From a virus: a DNA stretch of 27,750 nucleotides. A program made the position numbers and the translations under genes. The stretch is taken from the UHGV virus genome UHGV-0085994. One strand, given 5' to 3'. Under the pieces are notes generated by a model, which worked only from the letters and a program-made list of their open reading frames with translations, was not told the DNA's origin and did not search any database. Shown one piece after another: positions 18,867-27,750 of this stretch. Numbering within the stretch: position 1 is the stretch's first letter; the number at the start of each line of letters is the position of its first letter.

Positions 18867-19568
18867 TTATTCTGATTCTCGCTCAAAAAATGAGCTGATA
18901 AGGGGAAGCCAATCCTCTGACACTTCGCGAGGTCGCGGTTTGCCGTGGAAAAAGATTATTCGGCAGTCTTTTGGTAATGCCCCATTCCCCCTGGAGTAAC
19001 GCGCGCTCGCATATTTCGAACCAGGTTCCACAACATCGGCCTTGTAACTTACAAACCATCCCGGATACAGATCCTGAAATGCTGGTGTATCATCACCCAT
19101 AACCTTCCGCAAAAACCCCTGCTCACCCCAGCATTCAGTAGTAACACAACGAGCAATCCAACCTTCCGGATCTTGCCAGAATGCACTCCAGATATGCGCT
19201 TTTACACTATTTGGTATCCACAGGGCACCGCTGCCACGATATTGTGGATGGTAAAAATCCCTAAGCATGGTGAAGCTGGTTGGTGGATTCTCTAGGATTG
19301 GGCGTATATCACCGGCAATAACCGTGTCCAAATCCAGATAGAACAGATCATCGGTTATATCCGGTCGGAACAACTCGATTTTCGCCCACCAGCCACGGCA
19401 CTTTTGCCACTGGTTGATCAATGGGACAACTTTGACGCCAGGTACATGTAAACGCTTCAGGTCTGTCAGGCAAATAATTTCATAGCCTTTTGGCAGTTGA
19501 TTAACCAGCCACTGCACATCGGAAGCGTTATAGTCACCACCAGAGCGAAGAACTAAAGCAATCTTCAT
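18867..19568 (-). CDS. hypothetical protein with DxD-like motif (possible nucleotide-sugar transferase fold), coupled to the phosphatase gene
   Basis: 233 aa; YLDLDTV motif; start overlaps the ppp stop. Confidence 0.6.
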   Translation of the reverse strand: MKIALVLRSGGDYNASDVQWLVNQLPKGYEIICLTDLKRLHVPGVKVVPLINQWQKCRGWWAKIELFRPDITDDLFYLDLDTVIAGDIRPILENPPTSFTMLRDFYHPQYRGSGALWIPNSVKAHIWSAFWQDPEGWIARCVTTECWGEQGFLRKVMGDDTPAFQDLYPGWFVSYKADVVEPGSKYASARYSRGNGALPKDCRIIFFHGKPRPREVSEDWLPLISSFFERESE

Positions 19569-20257
19569 GCTGCACCATCACCTTTCACTTTCATCAATGT
19601 CAGGTTTCCGCAAAATACGGCACCTGTGTCGATATAATGCTGATTCCAGAATGTCTTCGGGCTTTTCACCGGAGTGTGACCAAAGATAAAACGATCTGCG
19701 CCCGAAATTTCGCCACCAATATCATCCATCGAATCACTGATACGCTCGCGCGCCCAGACAACGTTGAAAAGCGGCACCTCCTTACCGAATTGGTATTCAT
19801 TATCCGGATAGTCGGCATGGGCTATAACGATAGTTTCTTGCCCGGTGTTCAACTCAATGATATAGGGCAGACGCTTTACCAGCTCCACCAGCGCCCAGGC
19901 TAATATTTCCTGATCAGTGTCCAGCATGAAGAACCATTGTCCGCCATTCATTAGCCAGTTATTCACGTTGCCATCTGGACTTAACGCATCAATCATCAGC
20001 CGCTCATGGTTCCCCATCACTGCCCTGAACCAGGGCATCTGCAATAGTTCCAGACATTCGACATTTTCAGTACCGCGATCGATAAGGTCTCCGAACGATA
20101 TCAGTAAATCCTGCGCCGGGTCAAAATCCACACGATGGAGTTCGGACATCAGTCTGGTGTAGCAACCATGCAGATCACCAACAACCCAGACATTCCTGTA
20201 TTTGGTACCGTCGATACGGTGATAAATTGTGGGTGCCATCATGTATTCTTCAGCCAT
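19565..20257 (-). CDS. ppp: serine/threonine protein phosphatase, lambda-PP/PrpA family metallophosphatase
   Basis: 230 aa; motifs GDLHGC, GDLIDRG, GNHE; symbol by analogy with what I recall as P1 ppp. Confidence 0.85.
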   Translation of the reverse strand: MAEEYMMAPTIYHRIDGTKYRNVWVVGDLHGCYTRLMSELHRVDFDPAQDLLISFGDLIDRGTENVECLELLQMPWFRAVMGNHERLMIDALSPDGNVNNWLMNGGQWFFMLDTDQEILAWALVELVKRLPYIIELNTGQETIVIAHADYPDNEYQFGKEVPLFNVVWARERISDSMDDIGGEISGADRFIFGHTPVKSPKTFWNQHYIDTGAVFCGNLTLMKVKGDGAA

Positions 20258-20391
20258 TCTTTAAGAGTCATCTGCGGAATACCTCCCATTTTCCCGCATG
20301 AAACAACGTCAATCTGTTCACGCGCAGACTGGAATAACAAAGGCAGGTGACTTAGATTTTTTGGCGTGCCGCCGGAGTGAACGCGTGGTTC

Positions 20392-21211
20392 GGCACTGTT
20401 GCAAAGTTAGCGATGAGGCAGCCTTTTGTCTTATTCAAAGGCCTTACATTTCAAAAACTCTGCTTACCAGGCGCATTTCGCCCAGGGGATCACCATAATA
20501 AAATGCTGAGGCCTGGCCTTTGCGTAGTGCTCGCATCACCTCAATACCTTTGATGGTGGCGTAAGCCGTCTTCATGGATTTAAATCCCAGCGTGGCGCCG
20601 ATTATCCGTTTCAGTTTGCCATGATCGCATTCAATCACGTTGTTCCGGTACTTAATCTGTCGGTGTTCAACGTCAGACGGGCACCGGCCTTCGCGTTTGA
20701 GCAGAGCAAGCGCGCGACCATAGGCGGGCGCTTTATCCGTGTTGATGAATCGCGGGATCTGCCACTTCTTCACGTTGTTGAGGATTTTACCCAGAAACCG
20801 GTATGCAGCTTTGCTGTTACGACGGGAGGAGAGATAAAAATCGACAGTGCGGCCCCGGCTGTCGACGGCCCGGTACAGATACGCCCAGCGGCCATTGACC
20901 TTCACGTAGGTTTCATCCATGTGCCACGGGCAAAGATCGGAAGGGTTACGCCAGTACCAGCGCAGCCGTTTTTCCATTTCAGGCGCATAACGCTGAACCC
21001 AGCGGTAAATCGTGGAGTGATCGACATTCACTCCGCGTTCAGCCAGCATCTCCTGCAGCTCACGGTAACTGATGCCGTATTTGCAGTACCAGCGTACGGC
21101 CCACAGAATGATGTCACGCTGAAAATGCCGGCCTTTGAATGGGTTCATGTGCAGCTCCATCAGCAAAAGGGGATGATAAGTTTATCACCACCGACTATTT
21201 GCAACAGTGCC
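20392..21211 (-). mobile_element. IS26 (IS6 family), complete 820-bp element
   Basis: 14-bp terminal inverted repeats GGCACTGTTGCAAA at 20392-20405 and 21198-21211; encodes Tnp26; no 8-bp target-site duplication in the flanks. Confidence 0.95.
20444..21148 (-). CDS. tnpA: IS26 transposase Tnp26
   Basis: 234 aa from MNPFKGRHFQRDIILWAVRWY...; matches IS26 transposase as recalled. Confidence 0.95.
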   Translation of the reverse strand: MNPFKGRHFQRDIILWAVRWYCKYGISYRELQEMLAERGVNVDHSTIYRWVQRYAPEMEKRLRWYWRNPSDLCPWHMDETYVKVNGRWAYLYRAVDSRGRTVDFYLSSRRNSKAAYRFLGKILNNVKKWQIPRFINTDKAPAYGRALALLKREGRCPSDVEHRQIKYRNNVIECDHGKLKRIIGATLGFKSMKTAYATIKGIEVMRALRKGQASAFYYGDPLGEMRLVSRVFEM

Positions 21212-24200
21212 AATAACCTGTCCGTCTATCTGCATACGACCGGTTGGTTGCTGCAAATCGTTGGCGGCAGTCGTCACCTGGGACGTGGAGGCTGGTTCAG
21301 GCGCATTATTTTTCCGCATCCCCGGCGAGTTGCGGAGTTTATCAAATAGCCCATCAATCCCCATTTGTGCGCCGAGTTGGTCAAAGTAACTTGAGTTGCT
21401 GGCCACCGGACGCGCCTCTTCAACTGGCATCGGAGTATCAACATACACATTGCCAGCTGCTGTTGCGGTCCCCTTCCCTCGTGCACGTTCTTCGAGCGTT
21501 CCCTGAACGACTTCCCGACGCATACCCCGGCCATTCATGAATTTGTTGACCAGATCGTTAACGCCAACAGCATTGCCAATTTTGTCTACCAGACCGCCTT
21601 TCTCAAACGGGCTATCACCAGGGGTAAACGCCAGGCCAGTAGACTGATCGATAACAGCGTTATCAGGCAGTGGTCCCCTCACTCCATATTGCGCCCCACC
21701 CTGTGCTCCTGCTCCAGGTGTATAGATTTCACCACCTAAATAGCGAGCACGATGAGTATTGACCTTGATCGCGTACTCACGGTTTTCTTTCGATAAGTCA
21801 CCTGTGCCTTTTTTCCACTTATTGATAGTGCCAAACCCAGCATTATATGCAGTGATGGCCTCGTTTAAGTCTCCATTGGCTTGCTTCAGATATTTGCTCA
21901 TGAGAAGAGCCGCAGCTTCTGCCGATTTCACAGGATCAAACGATTCACCTTCAGCTAAGCCAGTCTCTTCACGAGCAATCCCCGTGAACTGAAACATCCC
22001 CAGAGCACCGGTTTGGGATTTTGCATACGGATTACCACCAGATTCAGTTGCAGCAATCGCGTAAAGAGTGCCTTCTGGAAGACCGTATTTATTCTCTAGT
22101 TCGGCAAAATACGGAGCCAACTTATCGAGATTTGCCTTACCTTCAGCGCCAAGACTTCCGACTTTTACATCCAAGTTGCCATTGTTGTAGGTATCCGCAG
22201 CTTTCTGAATGTCATTCCTGGTGCCAGTGGTATTAAGCGACGATGATGACGAGCTATTTTGACCAATAGCTTTATCAATTTTCTGCAACGCGCTATTGCC
22301 CGTTTCTACGGCATTTGCATTGATAATCTGATTAGCAGTTTCTTTAACTGTTTTATTGCTATCTTTCGCCGTGTCCAGTGCCGCATTTATCACGCGGGTA
22401 ACAATATTAGTCTGTTTGGCATCGGATTCAGTTTTAGAATCAGATGTCTCCTGGTGGCTATTAACCGGAGCTTTTAACTCTGGAGTGATTTCTTTCGCAT
22501 TAGCCTCGCCGATCGGATTGGGTATTTTTGATACAATCATTGCCGCAGGGGTATTTTTAACGGCATCAACCGCTGCATCTAATGCTTTACCTGGTAAATT
22601 TTTAACCCCATCCCAAATATTACCAGCCGCCTCTTTAATGTGTTTCCCTGGGTTCTTAATGAAATCAATTGCACTATCAATTGCATCACTGAAAACCTGT
22701 TTCAGGTTATCGACAGTAAAGAAGTCTTTGATGGCATCCAGCTTTTCAAGCAGCTTATTAGATGTATCGCTAAACCATGCTGAAACAGCATCACCAATCT
22801 TTGCTGTGTAATCATCGAACTTGGTAGAAATGGTGTCGCCAAGGTTAGAAATATATGTTTCTAAGTTGGTAATCCCACTATCAATGGCATGGGCAATACT
22901 TTCCGTCGAAAATGATTGCAACATATTGCCGATATCCTCAAATCCAAGTGATTTGAGAACCTCACCAATGGCGCTGCTAATACCAGATACCAGTCCCCCC
23001 ATATCAAGAATATTAGCTAACGTATAAGCGGCTTTTTGCTGGAATGATGGATCTTGTCCTGATTTAAGCCCAAACGCTCGACGTTGCGCTTCTGTATCAT
23101 TCCAACCGGTTACCGCATCATAAATACCTCCAACCACTGTGCCGACTAGGGGAATTGCGCGTAACGCCCCTTTACCAACTGCCTTTAATCCAAGTTTACC
23201 TGCTGCCCGGGCAGCCAAATCTCCGCCTTCATGGGCGAGAGTCTTCTTACCACCACCGCGTAGCATTCCTACAAGTTTCTTTGCCCCCAGAGCGCCAAAA
23301 GCGAGTGCTCCAGCTTTTTTCAGCATGCCACGCCCCATTAACAACGACGCGATGCCACCGGCCCCCTTCCCTAACAGGCTAAATAGTTTGGACAGCAAGC
23401 CGCCCTTCTTTTTCCCGGTGTTTTTGGCTATCTGATCAAGGGCGCTGAGAATCTTGTCATTGCCCTCTTTAATTTCGCTGGTCTGCTCCTGAAGTTCCTG
23501 AACCGTCCGTTTTTGGGTGTTAACCTGAACGACATCGGCACTATTTTGCGATTTACGCCTAAAAAAACCTTTTCTACGGCTGTTATCGTCATTGCCACGA
23601 ATCACATCGGCAATAGACTTTCTGGCACCATTAAGCGATCCGCCAACTTCTTTTGATATCCCGCCAAGCTCCTTCCCTGCTGCCCACAATGGACCTGCAA
23701 CGGCATAACCTAACGCATCGACAGCACGAGTCTCTGAAGGGTTACCTATGCCTTCAGCTACTTTTGACAGTTTTTTTAATAAACCTGATTCAGCATTTAG
23801 ACGCTCATCATCCTCTTTTCGCCTGGCCTTTTCTGCTCGTTCAGCACGGGCATCTTCCGCTGCGGCCTTACTCCCTGACTTTCCAATAAAACGACCACGC
23901 GCATCGCGTTGGTTTTGGCTTTTTTGCGCACCGCCTTTTTGACCGAACATTTCGCGAGCGTGTTCGGCTGCTTCGGTCCGTTGTGCCTTTACATCCTCTG
24001 GTATAGCCTTCCTGCGTCGTTTTTTACCCTTTGGTGTGGTTGATTTGGCCCGCTGTTCCTGTTGAGCAACATCTTCCTGAACTACACGAGAAACGTCCCC
24101 TAAATTAAGCCGTTTCATTGCCTCAACAATAGGGTCCACTGATGGCGCATTGGCCACAAAGTCTGGCCGGGAATTTTCGATTGTGCGATTTAATGCCGAC

Positions 24201-24352
24201 ACACTGCGAGAGACAGGATCAACAGTTGCAACGCGTCCCCCTTTCAAATCTTCAACAGCTTCCCGGATACCTGCAAGCTCTTCCAGCTCTTTTGCACTGG
24301 CGGTTTCAACTGTCCTTATAACATCGTCAATGTTGGCGTTTTTTCTTTCCAT
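21185..24352 (-). CDS. sit: Sit-like structural injection transglycosylase (tape-measure-like), 3'-truncated by IS26
   Basis: 1055-aa ORF; lytic transglycosylase motif AIAATESGG..GALGMFQF; the last codons of the ORF read into IS26 (element ends at 21211), and P1 Sit is longer as I recall it. Confidence 0.8.
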   Translation of the reverse strand: MERKNANIDDVIRTVETASAKELEELAGIREAVEDLKGGRVATVDPVSRSVSALNRTIENSRPDFVANAPSVDPIVEAMKRLNLGDVSRVVQEDVAQQEQRAKSTTPKGKKRRRKAIPEDVKAQRTEAAEHAREMFGQKGGAQKSQNQRDARGRFIGKSGSKAAAEDARAERAEKARRKEDDERLNAESGLLKKLSKVAEGIGNPSETRAVDALGYAVAGPLWAAGKELGGISKEVGGSLNGARKSIADVIRGNDDNSRRKGFFRRKSQNSADVVQVNTQKRTVQELQEQTSEIKEGNDKILSALDQIAKNTGKKKGGLLSKLFSLLGKGAGGIASLLMGRGMLKKAGALAFGALGAKKLVGMLRGGGKKTLAHEGGDLAARAAGKLGLKAVGKGALRAIPLVGTVVGGIYDAVTGWNDTEAQRRAFGLKSGQDPSFQQKAAYTLANILDMGGLVSGISSAIGEVLKSLGFEDIGNMLQSFSTESIAHAIDSGITNLETYISNLGDTISTKFDDYTAKIGDAVSAWFSDTSNKLLEKLDAIKDFFTVDNLKQVFSDAIDSAIDFIKNPGKHIKEAAGNIWDGVKNLPGKALDAAVDAVKNTPAAMIVSKIPNPIGEANAKEITPELKAPVNSHQETSDSKTESDAKQTNIVTRVINAALDTAKDSNKTVKETANQIINANAVETGNSALQKIDKAIGQNSSSSSSLNTTGTRNDIQKAADTYNNGNLDVKVGSLGAEGKANLDKLAPYFAELENKYGLPEGTLYAIAATESGGNPYAKSQTGALGMFQFTGIAREETGLAEGESFDPVKSAEAAALLMSKYLKQANGDLNEAITAYNAGFGTINKWKKGTGDLSKENREYAIKVNTHRARYLGGEIYTPGAGAQGGAQYGVRGPLPDNAVIDQSTGLAFTPGDSPFEKGGLVDKIGNAVGVNDLVNKFMNGRGMRREVVQGTLEERARGKGTATAAGNVYVDTPMPVEEARPVASNSSYFDQLGAQMGIDGLFDKLRNSPGMRKNNAPEPASTSQVTTAANDLQQPTGRMQIDGQVIGTVANSRW

Positions 24353-24433
24353 GATCTTATCGCCTACCGTTTCGGTTTAAGTTTTTCTTCCAGTTTCTCC
24401 AACAGGAAAAACGCATAGGATTCAGTAAGCCTT

Positions 24434-25315
24434 TCAGCGTCCTGAATCGGTATACCCCCATACAAAACCAGGTTGGACACTAAGGTCTGATAGCTTTTCA
24501 ATCCCCACCTGTGGAATGAAGTCGGTAGCCCGAAAGGGCACCCACAGACGGGTATACGCACCCTCTGTGGACTCCTTTTTATCCTGATTTGGGCATTTAT
24601 GCGGCGGGAGACGAAGACGCATTTCACCTTTATCGATGTAGCACGGTAAACCATGTTCGAGCTTTTCATGAGCCAGTCGGATGTGTGCCGCCAGCTTCAT
24701 AAATTCAGTATCAATGGCCATCCGTTTAATCGTTTCATAACGACGCTCAGCCTGATCTTCACGAGTACCGCTAACATCGTTATAAAGCTCACACTGATAA
24801 GCGAATTCCCAAAAACGCAAATCAACGATCGCTTCTTTGAATTCCGCGTCGTCTTCAGGTGGCAATGCTGCACGGCGCATCTCCAGCATTTCCATTGCCC
24901 AACCATCAAGCGGCACGATACGCCATTGATAAGGTACTCCCTCTACAGACACCTCAATATCGTCAATGAAAGGTTCCACTTCCAGGACCTGGATATCTTC
25001 AGCCAGAGCATTCATATCGCAATCGTAATAATGCTCTTTACCGCAATGTTTACAGGTGTAAGTGAATGTCTCGACCGGTGTTTCACGGGAGCCGGTAAAT
25101 ATCCACCATAACGCGGTAATCCGGTCCTGCGCCGTCCATGTCAGGGGATCATGTTTCGCGGGTTCAGCCAGCAAGGCTTTTAAATACGCCGTTGTCTGTT
25201 GTTCTTGTTCCTCCGGTGTTATCGAGTTGAAACGCATCGCATCAGCAATATTTGGCTGACGGAACTGGATCAATTCAGTTGGCCGCGATGGTAGCGGGAA
25301 AAGGGGTAAAAGCAT
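24434..25315 (-). CDS. hypothetical tail-module protein upstream of sit (possible tail assembly protein)
   Basis: 293 aa; position between putative tube gene and sit; no domain recognised. Confidence 0.55.
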   Translation of the reverse strand: MLLPLFPLPSRPTELIQFRQPNIADAMRFNSITPEEQEQQTTAYLKALLAEPAKHDPLTWTAQDRITALWWIFTGSRETPVETFTYTCKHCGKEHYYDCDMNALAEDIQVLEVEPFIDDIEVSVEGVPYQWRIVPLDGWAMEMLEMRRAALPPEDDAEFKEAIVDLRFWEFAYQCELYNDVSGTREDQAERRYETIKRMAIDTEFMKLAAHIRLAHEKLEHGLPCYIDKGEMRLRLPPHKCPNQDKKESTEGAYTRLWVPFRATDFIPQVGIEKLSDLSVQPGFVWGYTDSGR

Positions 25316-25329
25316 CCTTGCTCCTTAAT

Positions 25330-25941
25330 TCAAAGAGAAAAACTAAAGCCCAGAAGGGAAGCCAAAGAACTTGAGGATTGGTTAAACGTGCTGTGCAATG
25401 CGAAGGTCATTGGGAATGACTTAAATTCCGTAACCTGATCCCGCGCATAGGTGACATCGCCGGTAGTGACCGGGAATACAGTCATCTCATTTTCCAGTTT
25501 GGTTAAGCCGGAAGACAGCAACCGATAAATACGCACATTGAGCAAATATTTAGACGGTATATTCCCGGTACCGTCTGGATTAATCACCCGACTTTTTGCC
25601 GTCTTAAACCAGTCCAAAACGAGGCCATCAACGGTATCCCTGACCATCATTGTTATCTGCCCTGGCGAACGCTCCGTTGGTTGAAGGATATTCCCTCCGC
25701 CGATTTTAATCGTTTCATATTCGATGCTGTAATCGTGGTAGGTAATATCTTTGGCAAAGAAGTCTGCTCCCTCCAGTCCATCAACTTCGACAGAGAACTG
25801 CCATCCTTGCGCGAACAGCATTTTGTTCATGATGATTGACGTCAGCTTACCAACTTCCCGCTCACCAACGCCGGAGCCAAATAATGTCGTCGTTAATGCC
25901 GAAGATACATAAGACTTTACTGAAGCAACATTAAGCCCCAT
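25330..25941 (-). CDS. putative tail tube protein
   Basis: 203 aa; size and position (upstream of chaperone-like gene and tape-measure-like sit) typical of myovirus tube proteins. Confidence 0.45.
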   Translation of the reverse strand: MGLNVASVKSYVSSALTTTLFGSGVGEREVGKLTSIIMNKMLFAQGWQFSVEVDGLEGADFFAKDITYHDYSIEYETIKIGGGNILQPTERSPGQITMMVRDTVDGLVLDWFKTAKSRVINPDGTGNIPSKYLLNVRIYRLLSSGLTKLENEMTVFPVTTGDVTYARDQVTEFKSFPMTFALHSTFNQSSSSLASLLGFSFSL

Positions 25942-25951
25942 ATCAGCCCCC

Positions 25952-26559
<608 letters not shown>

Positions 26560-26671
26560 TAGTCATTTGTTCATTGAGTAGGAATATTGTTGTCTGGGGG
26601 GTAATCAGTGTAGGTGGAATGAGGGATATGATATGGTTATCACATAATCAGGTTGTTTTGAGTAAAACAAT

Positions 26672-26698
26672 AAAACGCCCTTTAATGGGCGTTTTTTT
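26672..26698. terminator. rho-independent terminator (hairpin AACGCCC-TTTAAT-GGGCGTT plus T7), bidirectional context
   Basis: Directly downstream of the 270-aa minus-strand ORF. Confidence 0.6.
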
Positions 26699-26727
26699 AA
26701 AACTTAAATTGACTATCCTTTCAAATA

Positions 26728-27540
26728 CTATTTTAATTCTATGTAATTTTTAAATTCTCCCTCATATTTATACATGATGCTATCAAATCCTTCCATTACA
26801 TCAACGAATTGTTGTGAACATTCCGGCTTCCAAGGCGTACACTTACGAACCATATCCATTTTTTTCTTATCCTTCGTTGTATCGACTAAGGATAGGTACC
26901 CTATAAAATTCATCATCTGAACAGGATCTTGATTTGTGAATATATATTTGACGTTTTGCTTAGTAGGCGAAAAAGAATCAAAAGCAGGGAACATATATTC
27001 ACCAGAAAAAGAGAGTGCAGCATCAATGACGTCTGTTGCAGGAGTGCAGTTGCTCAGAATTGGCACTAAGCTAAAATTAGCACCTGAGCACACTGCATAT
27101 ATATCATCCCCTTTTTTTAGTTTTAACAGAGAGTCTTGCTTTGAATCCAATATTTTCAATTTGATATAATTTAGTGGCGTTGCATTTTCCCCTGGAGTAA
27201 ATAACTCTACAATTGGTTTATTATTCACCATTCTTATGGATTTTATTTCACCATACACAATTGGAATTGTGTTCCATTTTTCCTGAGCAGCAAATTCATT
27301 ATCTTTAAAATCATTAACCAACTCAGATGGCAAATGATAACCAAATTGATTGTTCATTGCTTTCGAAGCAAATCCAGACAAATAGAATGCCCTTACTAAA
27401 TCATAATCTTTCTTTGAGGTAGAAAGCCAATCTGGCAATTTATTATCAGCTATCGCGCTTCCAGCAAAAATAGCACAACAAAATGTTATTACATTAAATA
27501 ATTTCATTTTCCATTCACTCATTAATCGGTTTAAACTCAC
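26728..27540 (-). CDS. hypothetical secreted/periplasmic protein (N-terminal signal peptide), AT-rich cargo gene
   Basis: 270 aa; hydrophobic signal MKLFNVITFCCAIFAGSAIA; region strongly AT-rich compared with the phage backbone. Confidence 0.55.
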   Translation of the reverse strand: MSLNRLMSEWKMKLFNVITFCCAIFAGSAIADNKLPDWLSTSKKDYDLVRAFYLSGFASKAMNNQFGYHLPSELVNDFKDNEFAAQEKWNTIPIVYGEIKSIRMVNNKPIVELFTPGENATPLNYIKLKILDSKQDSLLKLKKGDDIYAVCSGANFSLVPILSNCTPATDVIDAALSFSGEYMFPAFDSFSPTKQNVKYIFTNQDPVQMMNFIGYLSLVDTTKDKKKMDMVRKCTPWKPECSQQFVDVMEGFDSIMYKYEGEFKNYIELK

Positions 27541-27709
27541 TAATTAATTCACCAAGACTATTTGGGTATGCTTTATAAATAACATACTCCGAAGAGCCAT
27601 CTGAATATTGGTAAGCCCCATAACAGATCAGTTTATTTATTCCTTTCTGAATAGTTTTTTGATTATAAGAATCAACCACTGTTATTCCATATGACGGTAA
27701 TGACTCCAA
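27515..27709 (-). CDS. hypothetical ORF fragment, 5' end disrupted by IS1 (only in-frame start is a TTG inside the IS1 terminus)
   Basis: 64-aa ORF with no internal Met; its 3' end overlaps the start of the 270-aa gene. Confidence 0.3.
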   Translation of the reverse strand: MESLPSYGITVVDSYNQKTIQKGINKLICYGAYQYSDGSSEYVIYKAYPNSLGELISEFKPINE

Positions 27710-27750
27710 CTTATTGATAGTGTTTTATGTTCAGATAATGCCCGATGACT
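27696..27750 (-). mobile_element. IS1 right-terminal fragment (55 bp), inverted relative to the copy at 1-53
   Basis: GGTAATGACTCCAACTTATTGATAGTGTTTTATGTTCAGATAATGCCCGATGACT, recognised as the IS1 terminus. Confidence 0.8.

Noticed and set aside
20621-21349. 242-aa plus-strand ORF
   Set aside because: Antisense to the IS26 transposase and crosses the IS26 boundary
21207-24380. Numerous plus-strand ORFs (60-151 aa) across sit
   Set aside because: Antisense frames of a long GC-rich gene; none has a convincing start or domain

Overview
This 27.75 kb window is a P1-family phage-plasmid segment bracketed by inverted IS1 termini and interrupted by one complete IS26. Recognisable P1 backbone (almost all on the minus strand): a truncated ORF downstream of cre, cre, loxP, a C1-operator cluster, a coi-like ORF and the c1 repressor (immC); an immI-like module (c4-type antisense RNA, icd, ant) placed directly beside it; pacB large terminase with a split pacA-like ORF; a Cys/His-rich protein and small HTH protein; doc, phd, humD (with a LexA box) and hot. 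The plus strand carries a complete type IC restriction-modification system (hsdM-hsdS-hsdR, EcoR124 family, two TAEL repeats in HsdS). Beyond it lie a 28-aa hydrophobic peptide gene, an uncharacterised operon (HAD-like phosphatase, 420-aa coiled-coil protein, 72-aa ORF) flanked by C1 operators, a DxD-motif protein and a lambda-type Ser/Thr phosphatase, then IS26 abutting a 3'-truncated sit gene and three tail-module genes, and an AT-rich two-gene cassette cut by the right-hand IS1. About 13 copies of the 17-bp C1 operator motif are scattered through the window. The best candidates for an undescribed system are the operator-flanked phosphatase/coiled-coil operon with its adjacent peptide gene, and the AT-rich cassette. 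Several genes look split or truncated (coi-like, pacA-like, sit, both IS1-border ORFs), so the element may be defective. All calls rest on reading the sequence and recalled family knowledge; no searches were run.
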